A DNA stretch of 62,792 nucleotides, filler included. It is 4 parts of 4 records of this genome, joined end to end, with 100 filler letters (N's around TTAATTAATTAA, not from the genome) between each part and the next. Parts side by side here need not be neighbours in the genome. Positions count along the whole stretch, not along the records: positions 1 to 20,264 come from SRR20825006_2396; 3 more parts are not named here. One strand, 5' to 3'. This document shows, piece by piece, positions 9,772-20,264 of the stretch (its first letter is position 1; the number at the start of each line of letters is the position of its first letter). A program made the translations under genes and the position numbers. The notes beneath the pieces are model-generated. The model saw only the letters and a list, made by a program, of their open reading frames with translations, was not told the origin of the DNA and did not search any database.

Positions 9772-11691
9772 ATGTTGCAAGAGCGAGAAATTGTCGAAAT
9801 TCGAGATCCTGCCATCAGTGTGGTTTTTGACCTCGGTGGCCCGCGTTATTTTGTCTACGATCGTGGCGAATACAGCCCGAATATGTTCGAGCTGCTCGCG
9901 CAGCGATATAGCCAAAATGAGATGCAGGGTCCCTCCTATCCGTTCTGGATAAGGGAGTGGTCTTTCTGGGACTTCGGGAGCGGGCTCATACCCACTTTTC
10001 GAGAGATCGCGCTCGAGTATCAGCAGGAGCTACGCGAACTCGGGGATGGCGAGCACATGCGTAGGCTGAAGCACACTCCTCGTAATGATTCATTCATGTA
10101 CTCGAGTTACTTCGTGACCATCTTCCGTCGCGACAAAGAGTCTTTCGAAATAGGTCTGTGCCAGTATAAGGAGAGTCAGGCCGGAAACACAGAGTATGTC
10201 GAGCGCCGACGCATCGACGCGGCCGCACAGTTCGCGAACATCGAGAGGATCCTTCGCCTCCCTCGCGAGCCTTTTCTCGGCGCACTCGCTGAGGCGGTCC
10301 GGCAAGAGATATCGTTCATCGGTGAGTTGGAAGTGATCAGCTCGTGCTCGAAGAGCGAGGGGCGCTGGGAGGCATGGCTCGAGAGCCCTCACCCGATTGC
10401 CAGGGCGGTGATACTTTCGAACCTGAGCACCCCTGATGAGGTCGTCGCCGAGCTCGCCAAGGATCCTTCTCTCCAGCAGATGTTGCTGTCCCGTCTCGAG
10501 CTCCCACGCGAGGCGTTCCTCCCGATCATCGAAGATCCATCACGCTGGAATGACTCCGTTCGCAGGCACCGGAGCATGCCTGCGGATCTTCTCGCGATAA
10601 TGGGGAGGGGATATTCCATACGAGACAACGCAGACGATATAGAAAACGCAGGCATTGCAGACACCGCAGAAGACGCAGACATGCTCGAGGTCGCGTCTCT
10701 GGCCGATCCCAGGGTGCACGTCGATCGTTTCCTTGGCGAGCCGAGCCCTGCCCACTGGGAGGGGTTGTGTGTGGTGGTCATGGACGCCTACAAGAGAGAA
10801 CCCGCGACGGTTCGCGAGCGCTGGATTCCTTACTTGGAACGGATGTTGGCGGCTTGGCCAGCGCATCTGCGCCCTGTTCCCCTTGGTCTGTTCGTCGAGC
10901 TCGAACACCGCGCGAGGTTCTCGGTCGCCTGTCGCCTGTCGCGAACGCTCACGCTCGGCGAGGTCGCAAGCGCTGACGATGTCTTCACGCGAGCGCTTGC
11001 GACCTCGCCATACCTGAACAGGATCGAGACGTTGACTATGACCGCGCACAGCGAGGCGTTGTGTGAGGCGTTGATGCTCACCTCGCTTTCTTCGTTGAAG
11101 AAGTTCATGCTCCTGATCCCGCCCGCGGCGATGGAGAGGGATCGGGAGTACTTCGGCGCGCTCTTGCAGGCGGATTGGATCGACAACCTCGAGTCGCTCG
11201 TGATCGCCAACGTGAGGTTGGGGTTGGCGCGAGCACGCATCCTCTCACAGCGTCAGATACCCGCGGTCGAGGAGGTCTCGATGATGCGCGCGGTGACTGA
11301 TGAGGCCGTTTACGAGGCGTTGCTCGAGGGAGAGTGGTTTGCCCGCGCGAAGATGCTCTCGTTGATGAATAATCGACCGGCGGGAGGACATCACAAGCTC
11401 GCGAGCGTGCCCTTCACGCGCCTCGAAACTCTCATGTTCGTGGACGAGGCGCTCGGCTCCGACGAGGTCGAGGCGTTGCTCGCATCGCCTGACGTCACCC
11501 GCTCGCTCGGCGCGCTTTATATCAGGAGGAACCCTTCGCTCGGAGCAGCGCTGCTGCCATTGCTCGAGCGAGCGGGTGAGAGGCTAAGAGCTCTCCGCGT
11601 GCTCGATGTCCGGGGGTGTGGCATGAGCGGGGAGGACGCCGCCGCGCTCGCGCGGTTGCCTGCGATGCGTCACGTACAAGTCAAGGCATGA
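9772..11691 (+). CDS. multi-domain protein with C-terminal leucine-rich repeats
   Basis: LRV/HEAT-like segment (ARAVILSNLSTPDEVVAELAKD), central PSxxxWxxLC...WIPYL...WP domain, LxxLxL repeats; RBS GAGGT. Confidence 0.7.
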   Translation: MLQEREIVEIRDPAISVVFDLGGPRYFVYDRGEYSPNMFELLAQRYSQNEMQGPSYPFWIREWSFWDFGSGLIPTFREIALEYQQELRELGDGEHMRRLKHTPRNDSFMYSSYFVTIFRRDKESFEIGLCQYKESQAGNTEYVERRRIDAAAQFANIERILRLPREPFLGALAEAVRQEISFIGELEVISSCSKSEGRWEAWLESPHPIARAVILSNLSTPDEVVAELAKDPSLQQMLLSRLELPREAFLPIIEDPSRWNDSVRRHRSMPADLLAIMGRGYSIRDNADDIENAGIADTAEDADMLEVASLADPRVHVDRFLGEPSPAHWEGLCVVVMDAYKREPATVRERWIPYLERMLAAWPAHLRPVPLGLFVELEHRARFSVACRLSRTLTLGEVASADDVFTRALATSPYLNRIETLTMTAHSEALCEALMLTSLSSLKKFMLLIPPAAMERDREYFGALLQADWIDNLESLVIANVRLGLARARILSQRQIPAVEEVSMMRAVTDEAVYEALLEGEWFARAKMLSLMNNRPAGGHHKLASVPFTRLETLMFVDEALGSDEVEALLASPDVTRSLGALYIRRNPSLGAALLPLLERAGERLRALRVLDVRGCGMSGEDAAALARLPAMRHVQVKA

Positions 11692-11697
11692 GGTGGT

Positions 11698-11728
11698 CAG
11701 CGCCGCGCGTTTGTCGACGCGCGGCGCT
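11698..11728. terminator. GC-rich hairpin between convergent genes
   Basis: AGCGCCGCGCGT-ttgtcg-ACGCGCGGCGCT. Confidence 0.55.
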
Positions 11729-11740
11729 CGATTTCGGGCA

Positions 11741-12472
11741 TCACTTGAGGTTGTGGAAGACCTTCTGGACGTCGTCATCTTCCTCGAGGCGCTCGATAAG
11801 CCCCATGACCTCTTCGGCCTGCTCGTCGGTCAGGTCGATCATCGTCGAGGGGATGTACTCCGAGTCCGCCTTCACGGGCTCGATTCCCTTGGCCTCGAGC
11901 GCCTCCTGCATGTTCCCGAAGTCGGTGAAGCCACAGCGAATGATGATCTGGTCCTCACCCTCTTCGCCGGTGCCCTCGCCCATTTCTTCGAGGCCATAGT
12001 CGATCATCTCGAGCTCGAACTCCTCGATGTCTCCTTTGATGTCCTCGGGTTTGAGGCGAAACACACCCATGCGCTCGAACAAATAGCCCACCGCGCCGCT
12101 GTTACCCATGTTGCCGCCCCCCTTGTTAAAGTGCATGCGCACGTTGGCGACGGTGCGCGTGGGGTTGTCCGTGGCGGTCTCGACGAGCACCGCGATCCCG
12201 TGCGGCGCATACCCTTCGTAGATCAGCTCCTGGTAATCGTCAGCCTGATCCTCGCCGCTCGCCTTCTTGATCGCGTTCTCGACCTTGTCCTTGGGCATGT
12301 TGCATGCCTTGGCAGCCATCAACGCGCGCCGGAGCGCCGGGTTGAAGTCGGGGTTCGGTCCTCCCTGACGCACCGCGATCGCGATCTGACGACCGACCTT
12401 CGTGAAGGCCTTCGCCATGCGATCATAGCGCTTCATCATCGTGGCTTTACGAGTCTCGAAAATACGTCCCAT
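11741..12472 (-). CDS. yebC: YebC/PmpR family protein
   Basis: [48 protein letters not shown]. Confidence 0.97.
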   Translation of the reverse strand: MGRIFETRKATMMKRYDRMAKAFTKVGRQIAIAVRQGGPNPDFNPALRRALMAAKACNMPKDKVENAIKKASGEDQADDYQELIYEGYAPHGIAVLVETATDNPTRTVANVRMHFNKGGGNMGNSGAVGYLFERMGVFRLKPEDIKGDIEEFELEMIDYGLEEMGEGTGEEGEDQIIIRCGFTDFGNMQEALEAKGIEPVKADSEYIPSTMIDLTDEQAEEVMGLIERLEEDDDVQKVFHNLK

Positions 12473-12617
12473 GGGGTACTCTGCTGGGTTGGGTCACGGC
12501 GCTTTTTTACAGGCGTTCAGGTCCATCCCGAGCGCCCGGGTTTCAGCGACACCTTAGCTCGACGCCAACCCTGCACGCAACCTCTCACGAGATGCTCTCG
12601 CAAACCTTCTCGCGGAC

Positions 12618-14018
12618 TCATTTTCCCCAGGTCAAGCAGACCGCCTGACAGCGCACATACGTGTCACTGTCGGCGCGTAACCATGCGGTTTGCTGCCACA
12701 TCGTGTTGTCCGAAGAGAGCGTGATCGCGCAACGGACGTGGTCGTTGTCCTCGACGTCATTGTAGGTCATATCCATCAAAAAACATGCGGACTCGAAGTT
12801 GCCCGAGCCATCGGATGCCAGCCCCGTGGCGACGAGATCCTCCGTGCTCGATTCGGTCGTGCTCCGGTTCGAGCCAGAGTCCGCGGTCTGCTCGAAGAAG
12901 AACGCCATGTTGTTGTAGCTCCCGTCCACAGCCAGATCACCGTGGATCACGGTCTTGTTCTTCGAGTTCCCCTGGATTCGCAGCGTGTTGTTCGTGTCGA
13001 TCTCATCGTTGTCGATGTACATCCGGTCCAGGCTCGAGATCCCCTCGAGCATCAGCGGCGCGTACGAGCCGTTGCTCTCCGTCCCGCGCACCGTCACCGA
13101 GTGCGTGTCAGCGGTGCCGAACACGCTCGATTGCTTCGTCTCGAAGGGGGTGAACACCTCCACATCGAGGAGCGAGTGCATCTGAAACAGCAGGTTGCCT
13201 CCGGTCGTGTCGATGCCATTGGCGCCGAGCCGCATCGTCTCTCCTGTCGGACCCTTGATCTCGAGCGCTTGCGACGAGCTCGTCAGGTTGGAGCCGTAGA
13301 TATACGCCTTGCCGTTCCCATCGCTCGCGCCGAGTCGTGAGTTCCCCTCGACCACAAGATCCTCGCCAATCGCGACCTCGGAGAAGGCCGCGTTGCCGTC
13401 GATGACGAGCGCGTCGCTCCCATTTTTTTCGAACACCGTCGCGCCGCCAAACGAGATCGCGCCGCCTGCGTTGACGCTGTTGCCCGCGTAAAAGTCCGCC
13501 GTGTGCGCGCTCCATGCGGTGTGGGGCGCGGGTTCGAGTGATTGCCTCCCCTGGAACGCGATCTCGACCTCGCTCCCCTGGCTGTCCGTCTCGATCAGCG
13601 TCATCGCAAGCCATACGCGCTCGGCGTCCAGAATCAACGCTTGCAAGCTCGACGAGGAGCCGAGCCCGACCGAAAAGCGCCCATCGTAGACCTCGACCGT
13701 CTGCGTCTCGCTCCAGACGAGGTTCCCGCCAGAGGCCGCGTCGTAGAGCTCGAACTTGATCTTCTTCTGGCCTGTGACCGCCGCGCCGTTGGCGCTCAGG
13801 ACGCCGTCGTAAGGGAGCACCCAGTCGGCGCCGAAGACCGACTGGGTGGCGCGGCTGCCATCGGCCATCGCCAACGCCGCGCCCATGGTTGTGGTCCCGA
13901 ACAACGCGCTAGCGAGGACGTAAACAAGGCGTTTGGGGATGTAGAGTGTGATGCGCTCGTCGTCCATCGAGAGGCTCTCCGAGGTCGTGTATGGGTCATG
14001 TGCTCGTGTTGTCGTCAT
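12618..14018 (-). CDS. secreted fibre-like adhesin, paralog 3
   Basis: Signal peptide; PYDG...FELYDAxxGGNLVWSETQ...GRFSVxLG...GRQxLEPA N-domain; IDxxEID...LxLQ shaft repeats; C-terminal CFL..C..W..CxAxCLTW. Confidence 0.75.
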   Translation of the reverse strand: MTTTRAHDPYTTSESLSMDDERITLYIPKRLVYVLASALFGTTTMGAALAMADGSRATQSVFGADWVLPYDGVLSANGAAVTGQKKIKFELYDAASGGNLVWSETQTVEVYDGRFSVGLGSSSSLQALILDAERVWLAMTLIETDSQGSEVEIAFQGRQSLEPAPHTAWSAHTADFYAGNSVNAGGAISFGGATVFEKNGSDALVIDGNAAFSEVAIGEDLVVEGNSRLGASDGNGKAYIYGSNLTSSSQALEIKGPTGETMRLGANGIDTTGGNLLFQMHSLLDVEVFTPFETKQSSVFGTADTHSVTVRGTESNGSYAPLMLEGISSLDRMYIDNDEIDTNNTLRIQGNSKNKTVIHGDLAVDGSYNNMAFFFEQTADSGSNRSTTESSTEDLVATGLASDGSGNFESACFLMDMTYNDVEDNDHVRCAITLSSDNTMWQQTAWLRADSDTYVRCQAVCLTWGK

Positions 14019-14030
14019 GCTCTTTCACCC

Positions 14031-15386
14031 TCACCAGGAGAGGCAGCGCGCCGCGCAGTTGGGGATAAACCCGGCGTTGCCTGGTCCCGCGACAAGCTCC
14101 CACTTGGTCTCGTTCGTGCTCTTCTGGATAGCGCACTGGGCGTTGTTGAGCAGGGCAGAGCCGGGGTCATCGAACTCGATCTCGGTCAGGAAGCACATCG
14201 AGGTGATGGTCCCGTTGCCGTTGCTGTCAAGCCCTGTGGCGACAAGCTCGAGCGTTTGGTTCGAGCCGCTGGCGGTGAGCGTGTACTCGTTCGAAACCGT
14301 CATGTTGGTCAGGTTCCCTTCGAGGTCGAGATCCCCCCAGACGCGAACGCCGCTCGACGTCTTGCTCTGCAACTGGAGGTCCGTGTCCGAGTCGATCTCA
14401 TCCTGATCGAGCCACATCGTGTTGTTGACTGCGAACGGGTCGCTCGAGACCTCGGCCAAAATCAACGTGCCGGTCGCGCCGTTGTTGTCTGCGCCCTTGA
14501 TCGTGGTCGAGTGGAACGAGCTCGTCCCCAGCGTCGCGCTCTGGTGCGCGAGCAGGTCGCCGTGCACCTCGACTCCGTCGAAGTTGTTGTTGTTATTCTG
14601 GATTCTCATGATCGCGTCGGAGTCGAGCCCCTTCGCGTCGATGAGCGTCTTCGAGCCGGTGTTCCGCTCGACGGCAACGGCTGCTGTGACCCCATCGCTG
14701 TCGGGGCCATAGATCGTGGTCTTCCCCGAGAGGTCCGTCTTCCCGAGCCGCACGTCTTCGGTGGCCGAGAAGTCCGCGTCGATGGTGACGCCGCCGGTGA
14801 AGTTTCCGGCGGGCGCGATCGTGAGCGTCGAACCCGAGGTTCCTTCCAGCAGGTTCTTCGAAGCGATGGTGAATGCGCCCGCGACAGAGACGTTGCCGCC
14901 AACGTCGATATCTGCTGCGCTGTTGCTCCATGCGACCTGATGTGCGGGCTCGATCGCTTGACGACCAGAGAGCCCGACCGGGGTCTGGTTTCCTTGCGCG
15001 TCCGCCTCGATGATCGTCATCTCGAGCCAGAGGCGCTCGGCGTCGAGGATCACGTCGGTCAGCGATGTGTTCGCTCCGAGCGCGACCGAGAACCTGCCGT
15101 TGACGATGTTGACCGTCTGCGTCTCACTCCACAGGAGGTTGCCGCCCCCCTCCGCATCCCAGATCTCGAAGGTCATCTGGTGCAGGCCTGTAAGCGGGTC
15201 TTTGTCCCGCATCATGTAACCCGAGTAGGGGATGATGAGGTCGCTGCCGATGACGGTTTGCGTGGTGTTCAGGCCATCCGCGAGCGCGAAGGTCGCGCTC
15301 ATGATCAGGCCGCCGGCCATCATGCACGCCGCGCCTACGAGCGCGCGCCTGGTCAAACGTGCGATATGATTCTTATCGAAACCCAC
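14031..15386 (-). CDS. secreted fibre-like adhesin, paralog 2
   Basis: Same architecture as its neighbours; GTG start with RBS GAGGAGG. Confidence 0.75.
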   Translation of the reverse strand: MGFDKNHIARLTRRALVGAACMMAGGLIMSATFALADGLNTTQTVIGSDLIIPYSGYMMRDKDPLTGLHQMTFEIWDAEGGGNLLWSETQTVNIVNGRFSVALGANTSLTDVILDAERLWLEMTIIEADAQGNQTPVGLSGRQAIEPAHQVAWSNSAADIDVGGNVSVAGAFTIASKNLLEGTSGSTLTIAPAGNFTGGVTIDADFSATEDVRLGKTDLSGKTTIYGPDSDGVTAAVAVERNTGSKTLIDAKGLDSDAIMRIQNNNNNFDGVEVHGDLLAHQSATLGTSSFHSTTIKGADNNGATGTLILAEVSSDPFAVNNTMWLDQDEIDSDTDLQLQSKTSSGVRVWGDLDLEGNLTNMTVSNEYTLTASGSNQTLELVATGLDSNGNGTITSMCFLTEIEFDDPGSALLNNAQCAIQKSTNETKWELVAGPGNAGFIPNCAARCLSW

Positions 15387-15444
15387 CTTCGGGCCTCCTC
15401 TCTCTTGATCCAGTAGATGGTCTTTTCGCCAGACGAACTTTCGC

Positions 15445-16764
15445 TCACCACGTGAGGCAGTGCGCCTCGCACACGAGGCGAGTGTTGATGTCTCCGATGA
15501 CCTTGGCGCTCATGCTCCAGTCCGAACTCCCGCGGTTGATGTCGCAGTGAAAGTCGGTGCCGAGCTCGTGATTGTAGGATTGCTGCTTTGACAAAAAGCA
15601 CACCGAGTTCCCCACACCGCTGCTGTCATAGGAGGGGACGAGCGTCCCGGTTACCGTCGCCTGGTTCGGTGTGTTGTTCCCGAATGAGGTGATGGAGTAG
15701 GGGCCTGTGACCTCGAAGTCGAGCAAGCTCCCCGTGATTTCGAGGTCGCCGCCAAAGACCGTCTCTGACCCCAGGTTGCGTTGCAGGTGAAGTCGCCCGG
15801 AGCCGTCGAGTGATTCTCCGTCCATGGTCATCGTGCTGCCGTCGGCGTTGATCGTCAGCAGCGACCCCTTCGCACCCGAGAACGTCGTCGTGTCACCAGG
15901 GTCCTCGCCCAGGGTCGAGCTCGACTCGACGACGAAGTTGCCGCCGATTTCGACCCCGTTGCCCGAGTAACGCTGGAGGAAGAGTGTGTCCGTGGCGTCG
16001 ATCTCGTTGTTGTCGATCGCCAGATACTCCCCGCTGCTTCCATAGATGCGGAAAAACGCGAAGTCATTTGGCCTCGACTCGCCCGTGTAGAAGGTCGTCG
16101 TGCTCGAGTAATCCGTGGCGCCAAGGCGAGTGTCCCCCTCGGAGACAAAATCACTCTCGACGCGGACCCCGCCGCCAAAGGCTTTGTTCGCGCTCAAGGT
16201 GAGCGTGTCGGTCGTTTCGTTGTAGTCGATGGCGTTCTTTTCCCCGACGTCGACGCTCCTGCCAACCTCCAGATCCGTCAGCACGTCGAGCCGGTTCGTG
16301 TATCGCGTGACAGCGGCATAGGCGCCCGGCGAGAGCGCTTGTCTGCCCGCGAGCGCGACCTCGGTTTGGTTGCCCTGGGCGTCTGTCTCGAGGATCTTCA
16401 TCCCCAGCCAGATCTTCTCGCCGTCGAGGATCGCGTCATCGATCTTCACCGAGGAGCCGAGCCCCACCGAGAAGCGGCCGTTGTAAACATTGACCGCCTG
16501 CGTCTCGCTCCAGATGAGGTTCCCGCCGGAGTCCGCGTCGTGAAGCTCGAAGGTGATCTCTCGAACCCCCGTGAGAGGTTGCTCGTCCACGCGCAGGTAG
16601 CCATCGTAAGGGACGATGATGTCGCTACCGATGACCGTCTGCGTGGCGCGCGAGCCGTCCGCAGCAGCGAGCGCCGTGGTCATCAACAGCGCCCCCAGTG
16701 ATACACAGCTCGCCATGTACAAGGTGTGTTTGCTCACGCTGATTTTGAAGTGCGTCTCTTGCAT
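15445..16764 (-). CDS. secreted fibre-like adhesin, paralog 1
   Basis: Same architecture; start reassigned to the ATG at 16764 (RBS AAGGAG), which aligns the N-terminus with the paralogs. Confidence 0.75.
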   Translation of the reverse strand: MQETHFKISVSKHTLYMASCVSLGALLMTTALAAADGSRATQTVIGSDIIVPYDGYLRVDEQPLTGVREITFELHDADSGGNLIWSETQAVNVYNGRFSVGLGSSVKIDDAILDGEKIWLGMKILETDAQGNQTEVALAGRQALSPGAYAAVTRYTNRLDVLTDLEVGRSVDVGEKNAIDYNETTDTLTLSANKAFGGGVRVESDFVSEGDTRLGATDYSSTTTFYTGESRPNDFAFFRIYGSSGEYLAIDNNEIDATDTLFLQRYSGNGVEIGGNFVVESSSTLGEDPGDTTTFSGAKGSLLTINADGSTMTMDGESLDGSGRLHLQRNLGSETVFGGDLEITGSLLDFEVTGPYSITSFGNNTPNQATVTGTLVPSYDSSGVGNSVCFLSKQQSYNHELGTDFHCDINRGSSDWSMSAKVIGDINTRLVCEAHCLTW

Positions 16765-17106
16765 TCGTGGCTGCTCCTTGCTGTCCACCGGGCGATTTCT
16801 TCGCCGTCGATTTTTGTGCAAGTCGTATGCCCCGAAATGAAGATGCTCCACTGTTCGCGAGGAAGAGTTGTCGATCATGCGCATGAGAGAACGATTAGCG
16901 CGACGGTCGTGGTTTCGCAATGCGGTGCCGCGCCATGTGACGACGATCCTCGAACGGGTAAATCTGGCAGGAAAAAGTGGCATCCACAGGCCAAAACCAC
17001 AGCCTCGCGAGGTTGGTTGAGATGTGCAACTTTCCCCTCGCCTGGGCATCTCATTGCGTGGCCATATTTTTGTACTCACTGATTGCCAAAGCAGAGGAGA
17101 AGTACC

Positions 17107-18654
17107 GTGGGTGGAGCCCAGAACGAAGAACTACAAGGACCTGACTTGAAGGATGGCGTCGCCATCTCGAACCTCGCAGAGAGCGCGCCGTTTTTGGGGC
17201 ATGTCGATGGCGAGCAAGTGATTCTTGTCAAGACCGGCGAGGAGATCCTCGCGGTGTCGGCGAGCTGTAAACACTATGGTGGACCGCTCGCCGAGGGGCT
17301 CGTCGCGCAGGGGAGCGTGCGCTGTCCCTGGCACCACGCGCGTTACGACCTGCGCACGGGTCGAAACGTCGGCGCGCCTGGTCTCGATAGCCTCTCCTGC
17401 TATGCGGTCGAGCGCAGCGGCGAGGCCGTCAAGGTCACCGGCAAGCGCGAGCCTGTATCACCGCAGATGCCCACGGGTGCTCCCGAGCGCGTCGTGATCA
17501 TCGGCGCGGGCGCCGCTGGCGAGGCGTGCGCCGAGACCTTGCGTCAGGAGGGTTACACAGGTCACATCACGATGTTTGGCAATGACGAGCCTTTCACCGT
17601 CGATCGCCCCAACCTGTCCAAGGACTACCTCGCGGGAGAGGCGCCCGAGGAGTGGTTGCCTGTGCGCGGTGATGACTTCTTCGAGGAGCATCGCATCACG
17701 TTTTCAAAGGATGAAGTCACCGCCGTGGACGCGAGCAACAAGCAGGTCGAGGCTGGTGGGAATCAATACCCTTATGATGTGCTCGTGCTCGCGACTGGCG
17801 CCTCGGCGCGCGTGCTGCCGACGCCGGGCGCAGATAAGGATCACGTGCATACGCTGCGCACGCTCTCGGACGCGCAGAATATCGTTGGCGCGGTGGAGGA
17901 GGGCGCCAAAACGGCGGTCGTCATCGGCGCTGGCTTCATTGGCCTCGAGGCCGCCGCTTCGCTAAAGCGACAGGGGCTCGAGGTCCGCGTCGTCGCACCC
18001 GATGAGAAGCCGCTCGCCAGAGTGATGGGCGAGCAGGTCGGCGCCTTCGTGCAATCGATTCACGAACGCAATGGCGTGGTGTTTCACCTCGAGCACACGG
18101 TCGCAGAGATCAGCGATGGCGAGGTCACGCTCGATGATGGCACCACCCACGCCGCAGATCTTGTCGTCATGGGCGTCGGCGTGATCCCCAACACGACGCT
18201 CGCTGAGGCCGCCGACCTCGAGGTCGATCGCGGCGTCCTTGTCGACGAGATGCTTCGCACAAGTGATTCGAGCATCTTCGCCGCCGGTGACATCGCCAAG
18301 TTTCCCTATCGCGGGAGCAATGTTCGCGTGGAGCACTGGGTCGTGGCGCAGCGCCAGGGGCAGGCGGTCGCGCGCAACATCCTCGGGCGAGGGGGCGCCT
18401 TCGACGAGGTGCCCTTCTTCTGGTCGCATCACTGGGATGTGGGGCTCTCGTATGTCGGTCACGCGACCACCACGGAGCATATGACTGTGCATGGCTCGCT
18501 CGAGGATGGCGACGCCGCGGTGGTTTATCGCGGAGATGATGGCCAGGTGCAGGCGGTGCTGACTGTGGGTCGCGACGAGCTCGCGCTGCGCGCCGAATAC
18601 CTGCTCGAGATCGAAGACTTCGACGCCCTCGACCGCGCGCTCGTCGAGGGTTGA
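17107..18654 (+). CDS. Rieske [2Fe-2S] + FAD-dependent pyridine nucleotide-disulfide oxidoreductase (AIF-like)
   Basis: CKHYGGPL...CPWHH Rieske motif; two GxGxxG motifs; FAAGDIA; VRVEHW; RBS GAGGAG before the GTG at 17107. Confidence 0.93.
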   Translation: MGGAQNEELQGPDLKDGVAISNLAESAPFLGHVDGEQVILVKTGEEILAVSASCKHYGGPLAEGLVAQGSVRCPWHHARYDLRTGRNVGAPGLDSLSCYAVERSGEAVKVTGKREPVSPQMPTGAPERVVIIGAGAAGEACAETLRQEGYTGHITMFGNDEPFTVDRPNLSKDYLAGEAPEEWLPVRGDDFFEEHRITFSKDEVTAVDASNKQVEAGGNQYPYDVLVLATGASARVLPTPGADKDHVHTLRTLSDAQNIVGAVEEGAKTAVVIGAGFIGLEAAASLKRQGLEVRVVAPDEKPLARVMGEQVGAFVQSIHERNGVVFHLEHTVAEISDGEVTLDDGTTHAADLVVMGVGVIPNTTLAEAADLEVDRGVLVDEMLRTSDSSIFAAGDIAKFPYRGSNVRVEHWVVAQRQGQAVARNILGRGGAFDEVPFFWSHHWDVGLSYVGHATTTEHMTVHGSLEDGDAAVVYRGDDGQVQAVLTVGRDELALRAEYLLEIEDFDALDRALVEG

Positions 18655-18689
18655 GAGATCTTCGCCAAACGTATGTGGTCTTCTGATGT

Positions 18690-18797
18690 GAGCCACCGGG
18701 GGTGGCCCGCGAAAGGCAGGCGCGCCGAAATTTTCCAACCTGGGTTGCTGTTCGACCCAGCGCTTAAAATTTCGGCGCGCCTGCCTTTCGCTCGGCG
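18690..18797 (+). repeat. long-hairpin intergenic element, copy 2
   Basis: Perfect 26-bp arms 18709-18734/18766-18791; flanks GAGCCAC...GGTGGCCC(GC)...(GC)TCGGCG. Confidence 0.8.
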
Positions 18798-18866
18798 CCA
18801 TCGCATTGCACTCGCACCAAAAGAAGGCGCATCGTCTCGCGCCCGGCGAGGAAGGGACAGAAGCTC

Positions 18867-19403
18867 ATGGGAAAGAAGAAAAAAAAGGACCGTTACCCGA
18901 TCACGATGGGCGTGCGGCAGCTACGCGAGCATGACGTGGAGTTCGAGCCAAGGCTCTACACATACGTCGAGCGCGGTGGCACGAGCGTCTCGAGCGAGGA
19001 GCTCGGGGTGCCCGAGCACAACGTCATCAAGACCTTGATCTTCGAGGATCAGGATGGCGAACCGCTCGTGATCTTGCAGCACGGTGACAATGAGGTCGCG
19101 CCAGGACTGCTCGCCAAGGCGATCGGTCAAAAGTCCACCAAACCGTGCCTCCCCGAGGTCGCGCAAAAGCACACGGGTTATCTCGTGGGTGGGACCTCTC
19201 CGTTTGGTCTGAAGACGGCGATGCCGATCTATGCCGAGGAGACGATCTTTGACCTCGAGAGCATCTGCATCAACGCGGGAAAGCGCGGGTTTTTGATCGA
19301 GCTCGCCCCCTCGGAGCTCGACCGCGTGCTGTCACCGACGCGCGTCGCTGTGGCACAACCCGATGCCGAGGACGCCTCCTCGAACGAGTGGAGCTACGAG
19401 TGA
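18867..19403 (+). CDS. ybaK: Cys-tRNA(Pro) deacylase, YbaK/EbsC family
   Basis: VIKTL, TGYLVGGTSPFG, INAGKRG. Confidence 0.93.
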   Translation: MGKKKKKDRYPITMGVRQLREHDVEFEPRLYTYVERGGTSVSSEELGVPEHNVIKTLIFEDQDGEPLVILQHGDNEVAPGLLAKAIGQKSTKPCLPEVAQKHTGYLVGGTSPFGLKTAMPIYAEETIFDLESICINAGKRGFLIELAPSELDRVLSPTRVAVAQPDAEDASSNEWSYE

Positions 19404-19407
19404 GAAA

Positions 19408-20163
19408 TCACTCCTCCTCCAGCTCGGTCTCCATCGCCTCGTAGTGGGTCAGTTGTTTGGCGCACCCTTTAAAGCCAAGCTCCTTGCACCAGGCGCGGAT
19501 ATCGTCAGCGCCCTTGCCGAGCCCTGATTCGTACTCGGGCATCGCCTCGTGGATCTCCTTGATGTGAGGAGCAGTAGAGAGCGTCGCGCACTCGATGCAG
19601 ACGCCGACGATGGCCCAGGGCTCGCTGGCGCCCTCGTGGTAGGCGGCGACGGCGAGTCGTGGGACGTAGCAAGCCGCAGGCGTCGCTCCGTAGCTTTTGG
19701 GTGAGCTCAGGATGTCCATGTAGCGCTTGGCTTGCTCCCTGGTGAGCTCTCTCGAGAGGACGCGAGGATCCTTTTTGGCGTCGAGCTTCATCCAGTCGAC
19801 CTCGCAACCCTCGTCGAAGCAATCGTCCTCGCTGGCAAACAGAATCATCTCCTCGGAGGCGTAGGCGACGAGCTTGTGGGAATCCAGGATCTCTTTCGCA
19901 GTGTGCGTCTTTCGCGCTGACGTGTCGGGAGCCTCCTCATCATCTTCCTCACGCGTCTCCTCTCCCTCATTGCTCGCGGCCTGCTCGGTGGTTTCTGCTG
20001 GCGCGGTGTCCGCTGGCGAGGTCTCGGGCGCCGTGGTCGTCTCTTTCTGCTCCGCGACGTCTGTGTCCTTTGTCGCCTGACGTTCGCACGCGCTCGAGGT
20101 CACGACGAAGAGCGTCAACAGGATCGACAGCGCATATGGCGTGGTACGAGCGAAGGTGTGCAT
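19408..20163 (-). CDS. hypothetical lipoprotein
   Basis: Signal peptide ending SSAC, acidic linker, ACYVPR...VCIEC domain; start taken as the ATG at 20163. Confidence 0.7.
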   Translation of the reverse strand: MHTFARTTPYALSILLTLFVVTSSACERQATKDTDVAEQKETTTAPETSPADTAPAETTEQAASNEGEETREEDDEEAPDTSARKTHTAKEILDSHKLVAYASEEMILFASEDDCFDEGCEVDWMKLDAKKDPRVLSRELTREQAKRYMDILSSPKSYGATPAACYVPRLAVAAYHEGASEPWAIVGVCIECATLSTAPHIKEIHEAMPEYESGLGKGADDIRAWCKELGFKGCAKQLTHYEAMETELEEE

Positions 20164-20264
20164 GAGGTGCTCTCGGTGAAGTCGTGGCGATGATGTCGAG
20201 AGCGGGGATTTTACCACAACGCCGCCGAAAAAAGATGCGGCGAGGAGAGAGGTCATGACCTCTC

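Noticed and set aside
13542-15416. 624-aa plus-strand ORF and similar long antisense ORFs (8169-9632, 11693-12724, 46803-48449, 53560-54768)
   Set aside because: They overlap well-supported opposite-strand genes and have shadow-ORF composition
12618-16764. DGR or shufflon diversification of the fibre tips; prophage tail locus
   Set aside because: No reverse transcriptase, template repeat, invertase, inverted tip cassettes or phage structural genes are visible, and the proteins carry signal peptides
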